A stretch of 32,000 nucleotides of DNA from Candidatus Saccharimonadota bacterium (GCA_041661045.1 JBAZVE010000001.1:1020001-1052000), one strand, 5' to 3'. Counted from the stretch's first letter, positions 1 to 9,355 are shown. The notes: a model not told the origin generated them from the sequence alone. Numbers and translations: made by a program.

Positions 1-648
1 AATGATTTTCACTTGCTTCGCCCCGAGCTCAAGCAAAGCTTTTCGCACTCGTTCAATGTCCTCCGCCTTCTCCACAAAAGAAACGGCCACGCAATCGACT
101 TTTAGTGTTTTCACCCCAAACTCAAGGTCCTTTTGATCCTTTTGATTCAGCGCTTCGGAGGCGGGGAGTCGAGAGTCCGGAATATTGACCCCTTTGTGCG
201 ACTTTAAAACCCCTCCGATTAAAACTTTGGCTTTCACGAAGCCCTTTTCTTTGGATACAATTTTTGTTCGAATCAAGCCGTCCTCAATCAATAAATGGTC
301 GCCTTCTTCCACCACTTCCGCCAAGGGAGGATAGGGGAGGGGAATGCAGTTTTCTTGTTTTCCTTTAGTGCAAAAATTCAGGACTTGGCCTTTTTTCACC
401 TTAATGCCCTCCGGGGGGAGGTCTCCCAGGCGGATTTTTGGCCCCTGTAAATCTTGCATGATTTCTATTTTTTGACCACTCTCTTTTTCGGCGGCGTGGA
501 TGTTTTTCACGATCTTTTTAAATTGGTCGTAAGAGCCGTGTGAAAAATTGAGGCGAGCCATATTCATGCCCGCCTCAATGAGTGCTTTAATTTCTAGTTT
601 TTCTTCCGTTGCAGGCCCTAGAGTCGCAAGGATTTTGGTCTTTCGCAT
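1..648 (-). CDS. pyk: Pyruvate kinase, N-terminal 216 codons (3' part of the gene lies left of the window)
   Basis: Hand translation of the reverse strand from ATG 648..646 gives MRKTKILATLGPATEEKLEIKALIEAGMNMARLNFSHGSYDQF...MQDLQGPKIRLGD...VDCVAVSFVEKAEDIERV. These are canonical pyruvate kinase motifs (TLGPA, ARLNFSHG, DLxGPKIR, SFV). The frame stays open to position 1. It is absent from the ORF track because it runs off the edge. Confidence 0.88.
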   Translation of the reverse strand, partial: MRKTKILATLGPATEEKLEIKALIEAGMNMARLNFSHGSYDQFKKIVKNIHAAEKESGQKIEIMQDLQGPKIRLGDLPPEGIKVKKGQVLNFCTKGKQENCIPLPYPPLAEVVEEGDHLLIEDGLIRTKIVSKEKGFVKAKVLIGGVLKSHKGVNIPDSRLPASEALNQKDQKDLEFGVKTLKVDCVAVSFVEKAEDIERVRKALLELGAKQVKII

Positions 649-3600
649 CAGTTCTTAAGTTTACGGTTGTGGTAGAAGAGCCCGAGTCCGGCCAAGCTGG
701 CGAGCACCGCGAGAGTTCCCAATGCAATCACCCAAGGAGAAGTGGTTTCTCCACTGATGAAGGCGGTGTTGGTCACCGTGAACTTGATTTGTGTGGGGCT
801 ACTCTTGGCGCCGGTTTCCAGGTCCATAGCGTACCATGTGGCCGTGTGCTCTCCAAGTTCCAGGTTTTCCACCGGTCTTGCGTACACGGTTTGTTCCGCG
901 GCATCGGCAATCAAGGTTTGGCTGTATATTGTGCTTTGCCATGCAATCATGATCATGTAATCGTCTGCTGCTTTTAGTGCAAGGGAAGGACGGCGTTCAT
1001 TCACTACCGATCCATCTTGTAATCCCAAACTGATGTATTGAGGTTTCTTCACATAACTGACCACATTGAGGGCCAATGATCGTGAGAGTCCGTTTACAGA
1101 GTTCAGATTTTTACCGGTGGTGAGGATCACGGTGTGTTCTCCTTCGGCAAGTTCGCTTGAGCTTAAGAGGACGAAACGACCTTCTTCATCGGACTTTGTT
1201 TCTCCAATGAGAACCAATTCGTTCTCAGCATCCACTTCGTAGGCTTGAACGGTTTCTTCTTCTGCGGCGGCGTGACCGATGAACAGCACTTGGCCTTCCT
1301 CCACAGTATCTCCATCCTTCACATTCACCACATTGAGCATTTCAGCGGCGGAGGCGGGGGTGGTGACAAGGGGGTCTGTTCCATAGTGGAGCACTTCATC
1401 TCCATCACTGAGCCCGTCGCCATCACTGTCTTCATCTTGAGGATCGGCATCAATAGTGAGTTCATGCAAGTCTGATAGACCGTCTTCGTCGGAATCGATG
1501 GACCCCAGAGAATCCGTGATTTCTTCGTCTTCAATGTAGTCGATGAGGATTTGTGGATCTACTTCCTGTGCGGTGTAGGCGAGGGGGGTCTCATCTACGG
1601 TATCGCTGATTCCATCTCCATCACTGTCGGAGGATTCAGGATCGGTTCCTGTCTCAAACAGTTCGAGAGTATCGCTGATTCCATCTCCATCGGTATCCTC
1701 TTCATAAATATTTCCTCCACCGATGAGCTCCTCCCAGTCGAGGGTTCCATCTCCATCCGTATCTCGGGTGCCGTTGAGCACCTTGTCTTTAATAAAGAGA
1801 TTGATGAGGATTTGAGGAACACCTTGAGGATTTTTGTTTCCAAAGAACTTGGTTTCAAAAAGCTTGAAGTTGTACTTCCCTTCTCGAACAGGTTTTTCAG
1901 GGAGACCGTCTCGAATGCTTTTAATGGTGATCGGTTCCACGAATTCATAGATTCCACTGAAGAAACTTCGTACGGTAGCATCCTCTTTGATGGGCTTCGT
2001 ACTTGTGCTGGTGCTGCTGCTGGAAGATGAGCTGCTGGAAGATGAGCTACCGCTGGAAGAAGAACTGTCGCTGGAAGAAGAACCGCTGGTGCTGTCTTCC
2101 GAACTTGTGGATTCACCGGTTTCTTCTTCAACAACGGCTTCTCCTTCTTCCTCTTCTCCGGCCATGCTTTCTTCTTCCCCTTCTGTTTCGGTTTCAATCA
2201 ATGGGGGAGTAGTTGGTTCGACTTCCTCTTCGGGTGTGGTCTCTTCCTCAGGTACGGTTTCTTCTGCAGGAGGGGTTTCCTCTTCATCTGGAGAGGACGA
2301 TCCTTCTTTATAGATACTGGCTACCGCTGCGGTGGAGACCTGGGCCGCGCTGTCCACAATGGTGATGCTGAAGGAATTGCTTCCCACTACCGTGTTCACA
2401 TCCACAAAGCCTGCTCCGGCCCCATCCGTATCTTGTCCGCTGTCCGCCCCATCTACGAAAATACTGGCGGTGGAGTCTGTTCCTGTGACGGTGATGCGAG
2501 AAATATCTCCAATCCCATTTGCATCATAACTGAGAGTGGGGGTGGCTGGAGTTTGATCAATCGTTTCTGTATCGAAGGCACTGGTGCTCCCCCCTGCGTT
2601 GGTTTGAGTGGCGTCGATGGTGGTTCCGGAATAGGTTCCTGCAATGGTCCAAGCTCCCGCTCCATCTGCGGTGGTGGAGGTGTTCCACACTCCATCCATA
2701 TAAATATCGATGGTCGCACTGGCGCCTGAGGTTCCGGAAACAGTTGTTTCGTTGGCGGTGGTGATCACGGGAATCGCAATGCTGTCATTGGAAGTTCCGC
2801 TTCGGGTGATATAAGTATAAGATCCGGACTTAAAGGTGTTTCTTCGAATGCTGTTCCCGTTTGAGGCGGTGGCCACCAGCAAAACTCCGGATTGTCCGTC
2901 CACTGCTTTAATGATGTTGATGGCGTCGTCCACGGTGCCTCCAATGGTGGTGTTCACCGTGGATGCCCCGAGCTCAATGGCGTTTCCCGTGGTATTCATG
3001 GCATCAGTAGTTTCATCCGCCATCTTACCAATGATGTTTCCGGCAATGATGGTTCCACTGCCATTGTCTATTTGAATTCCCTCCGCATTTCCGCTGATGA
3101 TGTTTCGTGTGCTGGGAACGGCGGAATCTCCAATCTCACAGGTGTCGGAATCTTTAATATAAACTCCAATGGATCCATTTCCTAGAATGGCGGTCCCCGC
3201 ACTGTTGAGTCCAATGGTGTTCCCATGAACTTCGGTGCTGTCTGCGCTGTCCCAAACATAAACTCCATAATTAGTATTCCCGGAAATTTTGTTGTCAAAA
3301 ATATCATTTCCCGTGGCGTTGGGTCCCGTGATGGTCACCCCGGTTCCTCCGTTGGCCAAGGCTGCAGTCCCTGCGGAATTGAGCCCGATGACATTCATTT
3401 GAATGAGATTGGTGTTTGCCGTGAGGACCGCTCCATCCACCAAAATTCCTGCTTGTGTGTTACCTGAAATCACATTTCTTTTGTCGCTGGTGGCGCCTCC
3501 AATGGTGTTGCTGGAAGAGGTGACATACATTCCGTGGCTTCCATTCCCGAGGTCACTGTCATCGGTTCCGAGTCCGATGTCGTTGGTTTGGATGACGCTG

Positions 3601-4442
3601 GAACCCGTGCCCACATTGATACCGTAAACCGTGTTGCTCACGATGGTGTTGTTTTTGATGGTCAGCGTGGTGGAGGTTCCTCCAATTTCAATTCCGTCTC
3701 CGGTGTTCCCGGCTGCGGTGGTTCCGGTGGCAGTTCCAATGTAATTGTAATTAATGACGATTCCACTGGAGGCTCCCAATACTTGGATTCCGTCCGCTCC
3801 GTTGGAGTAGATTTTGTTGAGTCCGGAAGAGGCGGCGTTTCCAATGTTGAGCGCCGTGGAGTTGGTCACACGAATTCCTGTTGAAGTGTTGGAGTAAAAA
3901 GAAGAGTTCACAATGTTTCCGCCGGAGGCGCTGATGTTGAGACCAACCCCTGCATCATGAACGGTCACGCCTTCTCCCGCACCGGTTCCTCCCACGGTGA
4001 TTGAGGTCACAGAGGAGAAGTAAATTCCTTGAGTGCTTCCTCCAATACAAGTGATTCCCTTTACTGAAACAGTGTTGAGGGCACCTCCATCGGTGAAGTC
4101 GAGACAAGTGGTGAAGCCGGAAGCGTCGATGGTGAAGTTGGGAGCGGTTTGTCCACTGATGGTGAGGTCTTCCGTGATGGTAGGCAATAAACTGGCCAAG
4201 GTCACGGTTCCGGTCACGGTGAAGTCAATGGTGTCGGCACCCACACTTCCATTGGCATCCGTAATGGCCTGACGGAACGATCCCGCACCTGCATCATCCG
4301 TGTTGGTCACGGTGTAGGTGGCGGCATCCGCGCCCGGCACTTGCATCCATGCTCCCACAAGGAGCGCAAACCCCGCAATCAAGAGGGGTCTCAACCGTAA
4401 ATAATCCTTAAACAATTTGGGTTGAGGGACGAAGTTTGCCAT
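648..4442 (-). CDS. Giant secreted/surface protein: parallel beta-helix repeats, acidic and Ser-rich linker, TSP3-like Ca-binding repeats, C-terminal membrane anchor (putative adhesin)
   Basis: 1264-aa ORF. N-terminal signal/anchor LRPLLIAGFALLVGAWMQVPGADA, then YTVTNTDDAGAGSFRQAITDAN. About 700 aa of short G/N/T/I-rich turns follow (NTIVSNTVYGINV, GNTIGLNSAGTA, ISGNTNYGVYV), typical of right-handed beta-helix repeats. Next come a Glu/Pro-rich and a poly-Ser linker. There are five DxDxDGxxDxxE motifs (DTDGDGTLDWEE, DTDGDGISDTLE, DSDGDGISDTVDE, DSDEDGLSDLHE, DSDGDGLSDGDE). The C-terminus is a TM helix plus basic tail (WVIALGTLAVLASLAGLGLFYHNRKLKN). Confidence 0.8.
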   Translation of the reverse strand: MANFVPQPKLFKDYLRLRPLLIAGFALLVGAWMQVPGADAATYTVTNTDDAGAGSFRQAITDANGSVGADTIDFTVTGTVTLASLLPTITEDLTISGQTAPNFTIDASGFTTCLDFTDGGALNTVSVKGITCIGGSTQGIYFSSVTSITVGGTGAGEGVTVHDAGVGLNISASGGNIVNSSFYSNTSTGIRVTNSTALNIGNAASSGLNKIYSNGADGIQVLGASSGIVINYNYIGTATGTTAAGNTGDGIEIGGTSTTLTIKNNTIVSNTVYGINVGTGSSVIQTNDIGLGTDDSDLGNGSHGMYVTSSSNTIGGATSDKRNVISGNTQAGILVDGAVLTANTNLIQMNVIGLNSAGTAALANGGTGVTITGPNATGNDIFDNKISGNTNYGVYVWDSADSTEVHGNTIGLNSAGTAILGNGSIGVYIKDSDTCEIGDSAVPSTRNIISGNAEGIQIDNGSGTIIAGNIIGKMADETTDAMNTTGNAIELGASTVNTTIGGTVDDAINIIKAVDGQSGVLLVATASNGNSIRRNTFKSGSYTYITRSGTSNDSIAIPVITTANETTVSGTSGASATIDIYMDGVWNTSTTADGAGAWTIAGTYSGTTIDATQTNAGGSTSAFDTETIDQTPATPTLSYDANGIGDISRITVTGTDSTASIFVDGADSGQDTDGAGAGFVDVNTVVGSNSFSITIVDSAAQVSTAAVASIYKEGSSSPDEEETPPAEETVPEEETTPEEEVEPTTPPLIETETEGEEESMAGEEEEGEAVVEEETGESTSSEDSTSGSSSSDSSSSSGSSSSSSSSSSSSTSTSTKPIKEDATVRSFFSGIYEFVEPITIKSIRDGLPEKPVREGKYNFKLFETKFFGNKNPQGVPQILINLFIKDKVLNGTRDTDGDGTLDWEELIGGGNIYEEDTDGDGISDTLELFETGTDPESSDSDGDGISDTVDETPLAYTAQEVDPQILIDYIEDEEITDSLGSIDSDEDGLSDLHELTIDADPQDEDSDGDGLSDGDEVLHYGTDPLVTTPASAAEMLNVVNVKDGDTVEEGQVLFIGHAAAEEETVQAYEVDAENELVLIGETKSDEEGRFVLLSSSELAEGEHTVILTTGKNLNSVNGLSRSLALNVVSYVKKPQYISLGLQDGSVVNERRPSLALKAADDYMIMIAWQSTIYSQTLIADAAEQTVYARPVENLELGEHTATWYAMDLETGAKSSPTQIKFTVTNTAFISGETTSPWVIALGTLAVLASLAGLGLFYHNRKLKN
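1998..2111 (-). repeat. Ser/Thr homopolymer-like coding tract containing in-frame tandem DNA repeats
   Basis: Encodes STSSEDSTSGSSSSDSSSSSGSSSSSSSSSSSSTSTST. On the + strand gctgctggaagatga occurs twice back to back (2016..2030, 2031..2045). cgctggaagaagaac occurs at 2051..2065 and 2069..2083 (18-nt period). All unit lengths are multiples of 3. Confidence 0.85.
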
Positions 4443-4472
4443 AGCGTGGGTTTTTATTTTTTAAATCTTTTC

Positions 4473-4481
4473 ATTTTACCA
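4473..4481 (-). promoter_or_regulatory. Candidate extended -10 promoter (TGgTAAAAT) for the 1264-aa gene
   Basis: The reverse complement of 4473..4481 is tggtaaaat, 30 nt upstream of ATG 4442, in the 78-nt AT-rich gap after the upstream gene. No clear -35. Confidence 0.35.
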
Positions 4482-4520
4482 CAAAAAAGCCCAGCTTACA
4501 AGGGTCGCTCTATGATTGAA

Positions 4521-6140
4521 TTATGATTCTGCTGCTGCAACTACGCCAACTGCAGCCACATCCTCTCCAAAAGTGAAGTACCCATCCAAGTCAGACGGAG
4601 CTTCAAGTAAGTAAAAGCCGGTCGCACCCACATCCATTGACTCTTGTTGATCTACAAGTAGGGTCATTCGTTCAAACAACAATGAGGCACTTCCATTCGG
4701 ATCCAATGCGTCGAGGTAATGGCCTCCCTCTTGAGCCGTTGTGAGTGAGAACGGTCTTCCTTCCGTGTCGGTAGCCAACACGGAATTCCCCGATGGATGG
4801 TCACAGTCTGAGTAGGGGGCTAATCCAGTTGTCTCCATCGTTTCCGCTCCTGTTTGAATGTTGGCTGTGACCCAGCCGTTGTCGCAACCGTCTCCTTCTT
4901 CGTATCCCGCTGAATCGTATATTCCTGGGAGTGAGTCTCCACCGACCTTTCTGAAATGTCCGTCATGTGCGCGATAGACACTCTCCAAGAACATAGAGCT
5001 TATACTGGTTCCATCCAGGTTGACGCAGGCAATGGCACTTGTTCCACCCTCTTCCTGTGGAAAGATATAAGTGGCGCAAGCCACGTCACCTTCTTCGGAG
5101 ACTGCGACTGAGTTGTTGTACCTTACTTTAAGGGCTCCGTCTGCATTAAAATTGCTTTCGGGAAGTCCGCTGTTCGCTCCACTGAGAACCACAACGGCTT
5201 CTTCACAGACTCCATCTTCTTGGCAGCTTACGGTAATGATTCCGCCGTCCTCTAAGGGAATATCATCTTCTCTTTCTGTTACTTCGGCACCGGCGGCCAC
5301 AACTAAAAACGATTTAGAATTTTCTTGAAATCGAATAGCTATTTCATGGTGAATTTTCAGTTCTGGGGGAAGTGTAAACAGGGTCGTTACCATGGCGTTT
5401 TCATCTCCATTGAGAGGAATGCATGCCATTCCATTCTCGTCCGGTAGTATGAAGCAAGCGTTTTCCCACTCTTGATCCAATACGAGTTTATTCATACTTG
5501 GCCTTCCTTTCATTTCTATTAATCCCGTTGTTTCAAAGCCTCCGGTGTTTGAGTTGAATTCATTGACGGTGAATATTGTTGCGTCGGGAAGGCTGAGAGG
5601 TTGGGTAAAAATAACTCCGGTTTTAATGGTATCGCTGGCGGCTTCTGGGGCACCTCCTTCATTGGTTTGAAAACGATCCGGGTCTAAAATAGGTTCCTCT
5701 TGTGAATCTGAAAAACCTGTGTAGGCGACGCAGGAGGAGCCTTCTTGTTGAAATCTAATCTGAATATTGCCGGAAAAAGGGACAAAGTGGCCTCCTCTGG
5801 TTAAGTCTAAATCTCCCGCAGGGAAGGTAGGAGTGCAGTACGCATCTTCATTGCATATTTGTGCAGTGGTACCTTCCGGTAAATTTGCCAATACGGAGGA
5901 GTTCAGGGAGGCAATTTGGATTTGACGCCCAAACTCTACGGTGCTGCCATCCTTTTCTTGAATGTCGCTTCCCAAGGTATCTTCGATGAGATCTACCACC
6001 GGGATATGGCTGCTAAGGTCCCCCAAACTGCATTCAGTATCACCCCCTCCACTGGTCGCAAAAGGAGACGCTTGTTCCGGAGTACAGGCGGAAATCGCGC
6101 CCATAACTATTGCTGCCGAAATCATATTACGAGGCTTCAT
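4521..6140 (-). CDS. Lipoprotein of unknown function (539 aa)
   Basis: N-terminus MKPRNMISAAIVMGAISAC has a basic n-region, a hydrophobic core and an I-S-A-C lipobox. The rest is Gly/Glu/Thr-rich and beta-like with scattered Cys. I recognise no family. Confidence 0.7.
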   Translation of the reverse strand: MKPRNMISAAIVMGAISACTPEQASPFATSGGGDTECSLGDLSSHIPVVDLIEDTLGSDIQEKDGSTVEFGRQIQIASLNSSVLANLPEGTTAQICNEDAYCTPTFPAGDLDLTRGGHFVPFSGNIQIRFQQEGSSCVAYTGFSDSQEEPILDPDRFQTNEGGAPEAASDTIKTGVIFTQPLSLPDATIFTVNEFNSNTGGFETTGLIEMKGRPSMNKLVLDQEWENACFILPDENGMACIPLNGDENAMVTTLFTLPPELKIHHEIAIRFQENSKSFLVVAAGAEVTEREDDIPLEDGGIITVSCQEDGVCEEAVVVLSGANSGLPESNFNADGALKVRYNNSVAVSEEGDVACATYIFPQEEGGTSAIACVNLDGTSISSMFLESVYRAHDGHFRKVGGDSLPGIYDSAGYEEGDGCDNGWVTANIQTGAETMETTGLAPYSDCDHPSGNSVLATDTEGRPFSLTTAQEGGHYLDALDPNGSASLLFERMTLLVDQQESMDVGATGFYLLEAPSDLDGYFTFGEDVAAVGVVAAAES

Positions 6141-6169
6141 CTTTCAGGGGTAATTCGTTTATCATCCTC

Positions 6170-6198
6170 ATTATGTGCGAAGGGCTTGCTAGAGTCAA
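6170..6198 (-). promoter_or_regulatory. Candidate sigma70-type promoter for the 539-aa lipoprotein gene
   Basis: The minus strand reads TTGACT (6198..6193), a 17-nt spacer, then CATAAT (6175..6170), 29 nt upstream of ATG 6140. Confidence 0.4.
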
Positions 6199-6274
6199 GT
6201 TTATGTTTCGGAATGGATTCTTGTTGGAAAGGACTTGTGGGTGTAGTATTGAGGTCCTTCATCCCCCCCTCCTT

Positions 6275-7375
6275 ATGGCTCACTTTTCTCCTCAATTTAT
6301 GCTTTTGAGTGCTTGCGTCTTTTTGGGTGCGTGTGCGACGCCGGATTTGGAGGTGAATGGAGGGACTTCCTCTTTGGAGGGGCAGCCCGTTGTTGAAGAG
6401 GTCTCTTCTGTTGAAGAACCGCCTTCTGCTACAGAGCCCTTTTTGGCTCGGATTGTTTTTGCGGGAGATTTGGCGAATGGGGAAGGGTGCGCGGATCATG
6501 GAGCGGACGATAAATGTGATCTTTTTGAGGCGGAGATTGATTTGGACTCCGGGGAGGTTTTCTCGGTTCGTCAGATTACGGATACCCCGGTGAGTGAATC
6601 GTACCCGGCCTTGGCGCCCAATGGAGCAATGGCTTACTACAGCATTTTTAAAACGGCCAGGGAAAAGGATATGGGCTTTGTGGACCTTGAGAGTGGTGAG
6701 ACCGGGGTTTTATTGGCCGGGGCCACTTGGCCGGAAGTGAGTCCGGATGGGGATGTCTTGCTGTATGTGGCTAATCAAACAAAAAAAATCATGCAAGCCA
6801 CTTTGAGTGCAGATGGACGGTCTTTGAGCGGTGCTGCTGAGCTCACGGGTGTTGCGAATCAACAGGACCCTGATTTTTCTTCGGATGGCAGCCTTGTGGT
6901 TTTTCATGACACCAGTGCCGGAGAGGGGGAAGGAGCGGTTTACAATATGGAGACGGAAGAAACGGTGTTTTATGAATCTCGATCAGGTCATTGTACTTTT
7001 GGAGCATTGAGTTTCCTCACGGTTTGTGACAATGTTTCCGCCGGAGGTCTTTTGAGCCGCTTGTATGAAGATGGTCTTTTTGGGGACATGGAGCTCTTTG
7101 TGGCGGATCAAAAACCCTCCGTTCTCAAGGATACGGATCCCGCTTTGGGGGACTGCCGGGGAACCAGTTTCAACTATCCTTCGTTTTGTGGAGACGACGA
7201 GCATCTTCTGGTGAGCACTTCCTGCAATCAAGGAGGTTCGGTGAGTTTTTCTCGCTTGTTTATTATTGATCTCACTGAAGAAGATCCACAGTATTATCCT
7301 TTGGGGATGAACTTGGAAGAAGCCTATGCCGGTCCCGGACAGAGTTCGTGGACGGTGGCGTGCATGGCGGAATAA
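6275..7375 (+). CDS. Lipoprotein with TolB/PD40-like beta-propeller repeats (366 aa)
   Basis: Start moved from the track's 6110 to ATG 6275: MAHFSPQFMLLSACVFLGAC is a signal peptide with an L-G-A-C lipobox. The body has PD40-blade-like signatures YPALAPNGAMAYYS, WPEVSPDGDVLLYVA and DPDFSSDGSLVVFHD. Confidence 0.65.
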   Translation: MAHFSPQFMLLSACVFLGACATPDLEVNGGTSSLEGQPVVEEVSSVEEPPSATEPFLARIVFAGDLANGEGCADHGADDKCDLFEAEIDLDSGEVFSVRQITDTPVSESYPALAPNGAMAYYSIFKTAREKDMGFVDLESGETGVLLAGATWPEVSPDGDVLLYVANQTKKIMQATLSADGRSLSGAAELTGVANQQDPDFSSDGSLVVFHDTSAGEGEGAVYNMETEETVFYESRSGHCTFGALSFLTVCDNVSAGGLLSRLYEDGLFGDMELFVADQKPSVLKDTDPALGDCRGTSFNYPSFCGDDEHLLVSTSCNQGGSVSFSRLFIIDLTEEDPQYYPLGMNLEEAYAGPGQSSWTVACMAE

Positions 7376-7389
7376 ATCTTGAGGGCTGC

Positions 7390-9168
7390 TTATTTCACCG
7401 TTACGGATTTTGCCAGATTGCGCGGCATGTCCGGATTGTTTTGGCGCGCCACGGCCAACTTGTAGGACAAAATCTGAATGGGGATGAGGTTCATGATGGG
7501 CGCGGCGGCGCCGGCACTGGGCACCTTGATCCAGGCGTCGAAAAGCTCGGCGTTTTGAGGTGAGACTCCAATCAGGAAGGCGCCGCGGGCTTTGAGCTCC
7601 ATGGCGTTGGACAGAATCTCTTGGCGGTATTCATCGTCGGACGCAAAGACGATGCAGGGAGTCCCTTCTGAAATCAGGGCAATGGGCCCGTGCTTCAGCT
7701 CGCCTCCGGCAAAACCCTCCGCGTGAATATAGGAAACTTCCTGCAGTTTGATGGCGGTTTCCAGTGCGATGGGGTAGTTCACATCACGGCCAATCACCAT
7801 GATATCGGCGGCGGTTTTAATTTGATCGGCCAGGGCTTCGATGTGTTCCTCGTACCTGGGGTTGAGCATATCATTCAATTTCCCGGCGGCTTCAATCAGC
7901 ATGGTTTTTCCTTCGTCGAGGCGGCCGGCGGTAGCGTAGGCCAAAAGGGTGAGGATGGCGAGTTGGGAGGTGGTGGCTTTGGTGGAGGCCACGGCTTTTT
8001 CCGGCCCGGCTTTAAGCGGCAAAACAATGTCCGCCAGGCGAGCCATGGTGGAAGTTTCCACATTTACAATGGCCACAATGGTGGCTCCTTTTGCTCGTGC
8101 CAGCTCCAAGGCTTCCAGCGTGTCCGCCGTTTCTCCGGATTGTGAAATAGCAATCACTAGGGAGCGATCCGTCAGGAAGTGTTTGACGCTTTTAAACTCC
8201 GAACCAAATTTCGTATTGATATGTTTTTTGGCCACATTGGCAAACAAATACTCCGCGGTCATGGCCACTTTTCCGGCGGTTCCACAGCCCACGATGTAGG
8301 TTCCGTACGCATTCTTTATAGCCGCCGCTACTTTGAGCAGGGTCTCTTCGTTGGAATTGATGGCGCGGGTGAGGGTTTCCTTTTGCTCCATGATTTCTTT
8401 GATCATGAAGTGGGGGTAGTCGCCCTTTTCGGCCTCTTCTTCTTCCCAATCGATGGAGATCAGGCGCTTTTCGATGGGTTGGAAGTTGCTGAGGTCGAAG
8501 AAACGGGCTTGTTCGTCCGCCAAAATCACCATCTGATTGTCGTCCAGATACATGATTTCCTTGGTGTATTCCAGGAAGGCGGGCACATCGGAAGCCAAAA
8601 ACAGGGCGCCGTCTGCGGCCTTGCCGATGATGAGCGGCGAGCCGCGGCGAGCCGCAATGACTTTCTTTTCTTTTATATGCATGGCCACCACGGCGTAGCG
8701 CCCGGTGACTTGTTTGCTCGCCCGTCTGAACGCCGCTTCAAAACCTTCGTCCATACCCTGTTCGATGAGGTGTGCAAACACCTCACTGTCCGTTTCCGAC
8801 CGGAACTGATGCCCCTCGGCGATCAACTTTTCCTTGAGTTCCAAATAGTTTTCAAAAATTCCGTTGTGAATGATCACAATATCCTGATTTTCCGTGGTGT
8901 GCGGATGTGCGTTGTACTGCGTCACCCCTCCGTGCGTGGCCCAACGGGAATGCCCCATGGCCATGTGCGTGGGTCCACTCATCGATTCACCCAAATGAAT
9001 CACCTCCGAAATCTTTCCCACATGCTTTTCAATCTCAAATTCCCCGTCCGCTTGCTGCGCCGCAATCCCCCACGAGTCATACCCGCGGTATTCCAGCTTC
9101 TTCAAACCCTTCAGCACAATTTCCGCCGCTTTTTCCGATGGTCCGAGATAGGCAAAGATTCCACACAT
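7390..9168 (-). CDS. glmS: Glutamine--fructose-6-phosphate aminotransferase (isomerizing)
   Basis: 592 aa. MCGIFAY has the N-terminal nucleophile Cys2 of class-II amidotransferases. GHSRWATHG, SIS-domain ISQSGETADT, and the C-terminal RNLAKSVTVK signature are all present. Confidence 0.95.
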   Translation of the reverse strand: MCGIFAYLGPSEKAAEIVLKGLKKLEYRGYDSWGIAAQQADGEFEIEKHVGKISEVIHLGESMSGPTHMAMGHSRWATHGGVTQYNAHPHTTENQDIVIIHNGIFENYLELKEKLIAEGHQFRSETDSEVFAHLIEQGMDEGFEAAFRRASKQVTGRYAVVAMHIKEKKVIAARRGSPLIIGKAADGALFLASDVPAFLEYTKEIMYLDDNQMVILADEQARFFDLSNFQPIEKRLISIDWEEEEAEKGDYPHFMIKEIMEQKETLTRAINSNEETLLKVAAAIKNAYGTYIVGCGTAGKVAMTAEYLFANVAKKHINTKFGSEFKSVKHFLTDRSLVIAISQSGETADTLEALELARAKGATIVAIVNVETSTMARLADIVLPLKAGPEKAVASTKATTSQLAILTLLAYATAGRLDEGKTMLIEAAGKLNDMLNPRYEEHIEALADQIKTAADIMVIGRDVNYPIALETAIKLQEVSYIHAEGFAGGELKHGPIALISEGTPCIVFASDDEYRQEILSNAMELKARGAFLIGVSPQNAELFDAWIKVPSAGAAAPIMNLIPIQILSYKLAVARQNNPDMPRNLAKSVTVK

Positions 9169-9355
9169 AAAGTAAAAACTTAAAAGACCCGCTCATTCTA
9201 AGCCAATTGTATAAAAAGGGAAGGCTTATCGCGATGGACTTCGCAGGATATCACTACATTTTACTGTCTTGAGCCACCCCGTGTCCCTATTGACACGATT
9301 GAATAAAGTTGATAAGTTCCAGCTCGTTGCTGTTTAAATCTTTTAAATTTTTCTT

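Noticed and set aside
4443-4520. Rho-independent terminator after the 539-aa lipoprotein gene
   Set aside because: On the minus strand only ccc-N9-ggg precedes the T6 run (cccttgtaagctgggctttttt). A 3-bp stem is too weak to call.
6110-6274. Longer 5' start (6110) for the PD40 lipoprotein
   Set aside because: It would overlap the divergent 539-aa gene start and bury the signal peptide 55 residues inside the protein. ATG 6275 gives a canonical lipoprotein N-terminus.
8179-9183. 334-aa plus-strand ORF (and other long ORFs 7690..8145, 7949..8299) inside glmS
   Set aside because: They are antisense shadows of a confidently identified gene. Their composition is Gly/His/Phe/Arg-rich and low in information, with no motifs.
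9169-9355. Possible glmS ribozyme in the 5' leader of glmS (minus strand)
   Set aside because: I reverse-complemented the ~130 nt directly upstream of ATG 9168 (9169..9300) and scanned the rest of the gap. I found neither the conserved core (no GACGAGGA-like segment, no AGCGCC cleavage-site context) nor the nested pseudoknot-type pairing. Only a weak 4-bp hairpin is present.
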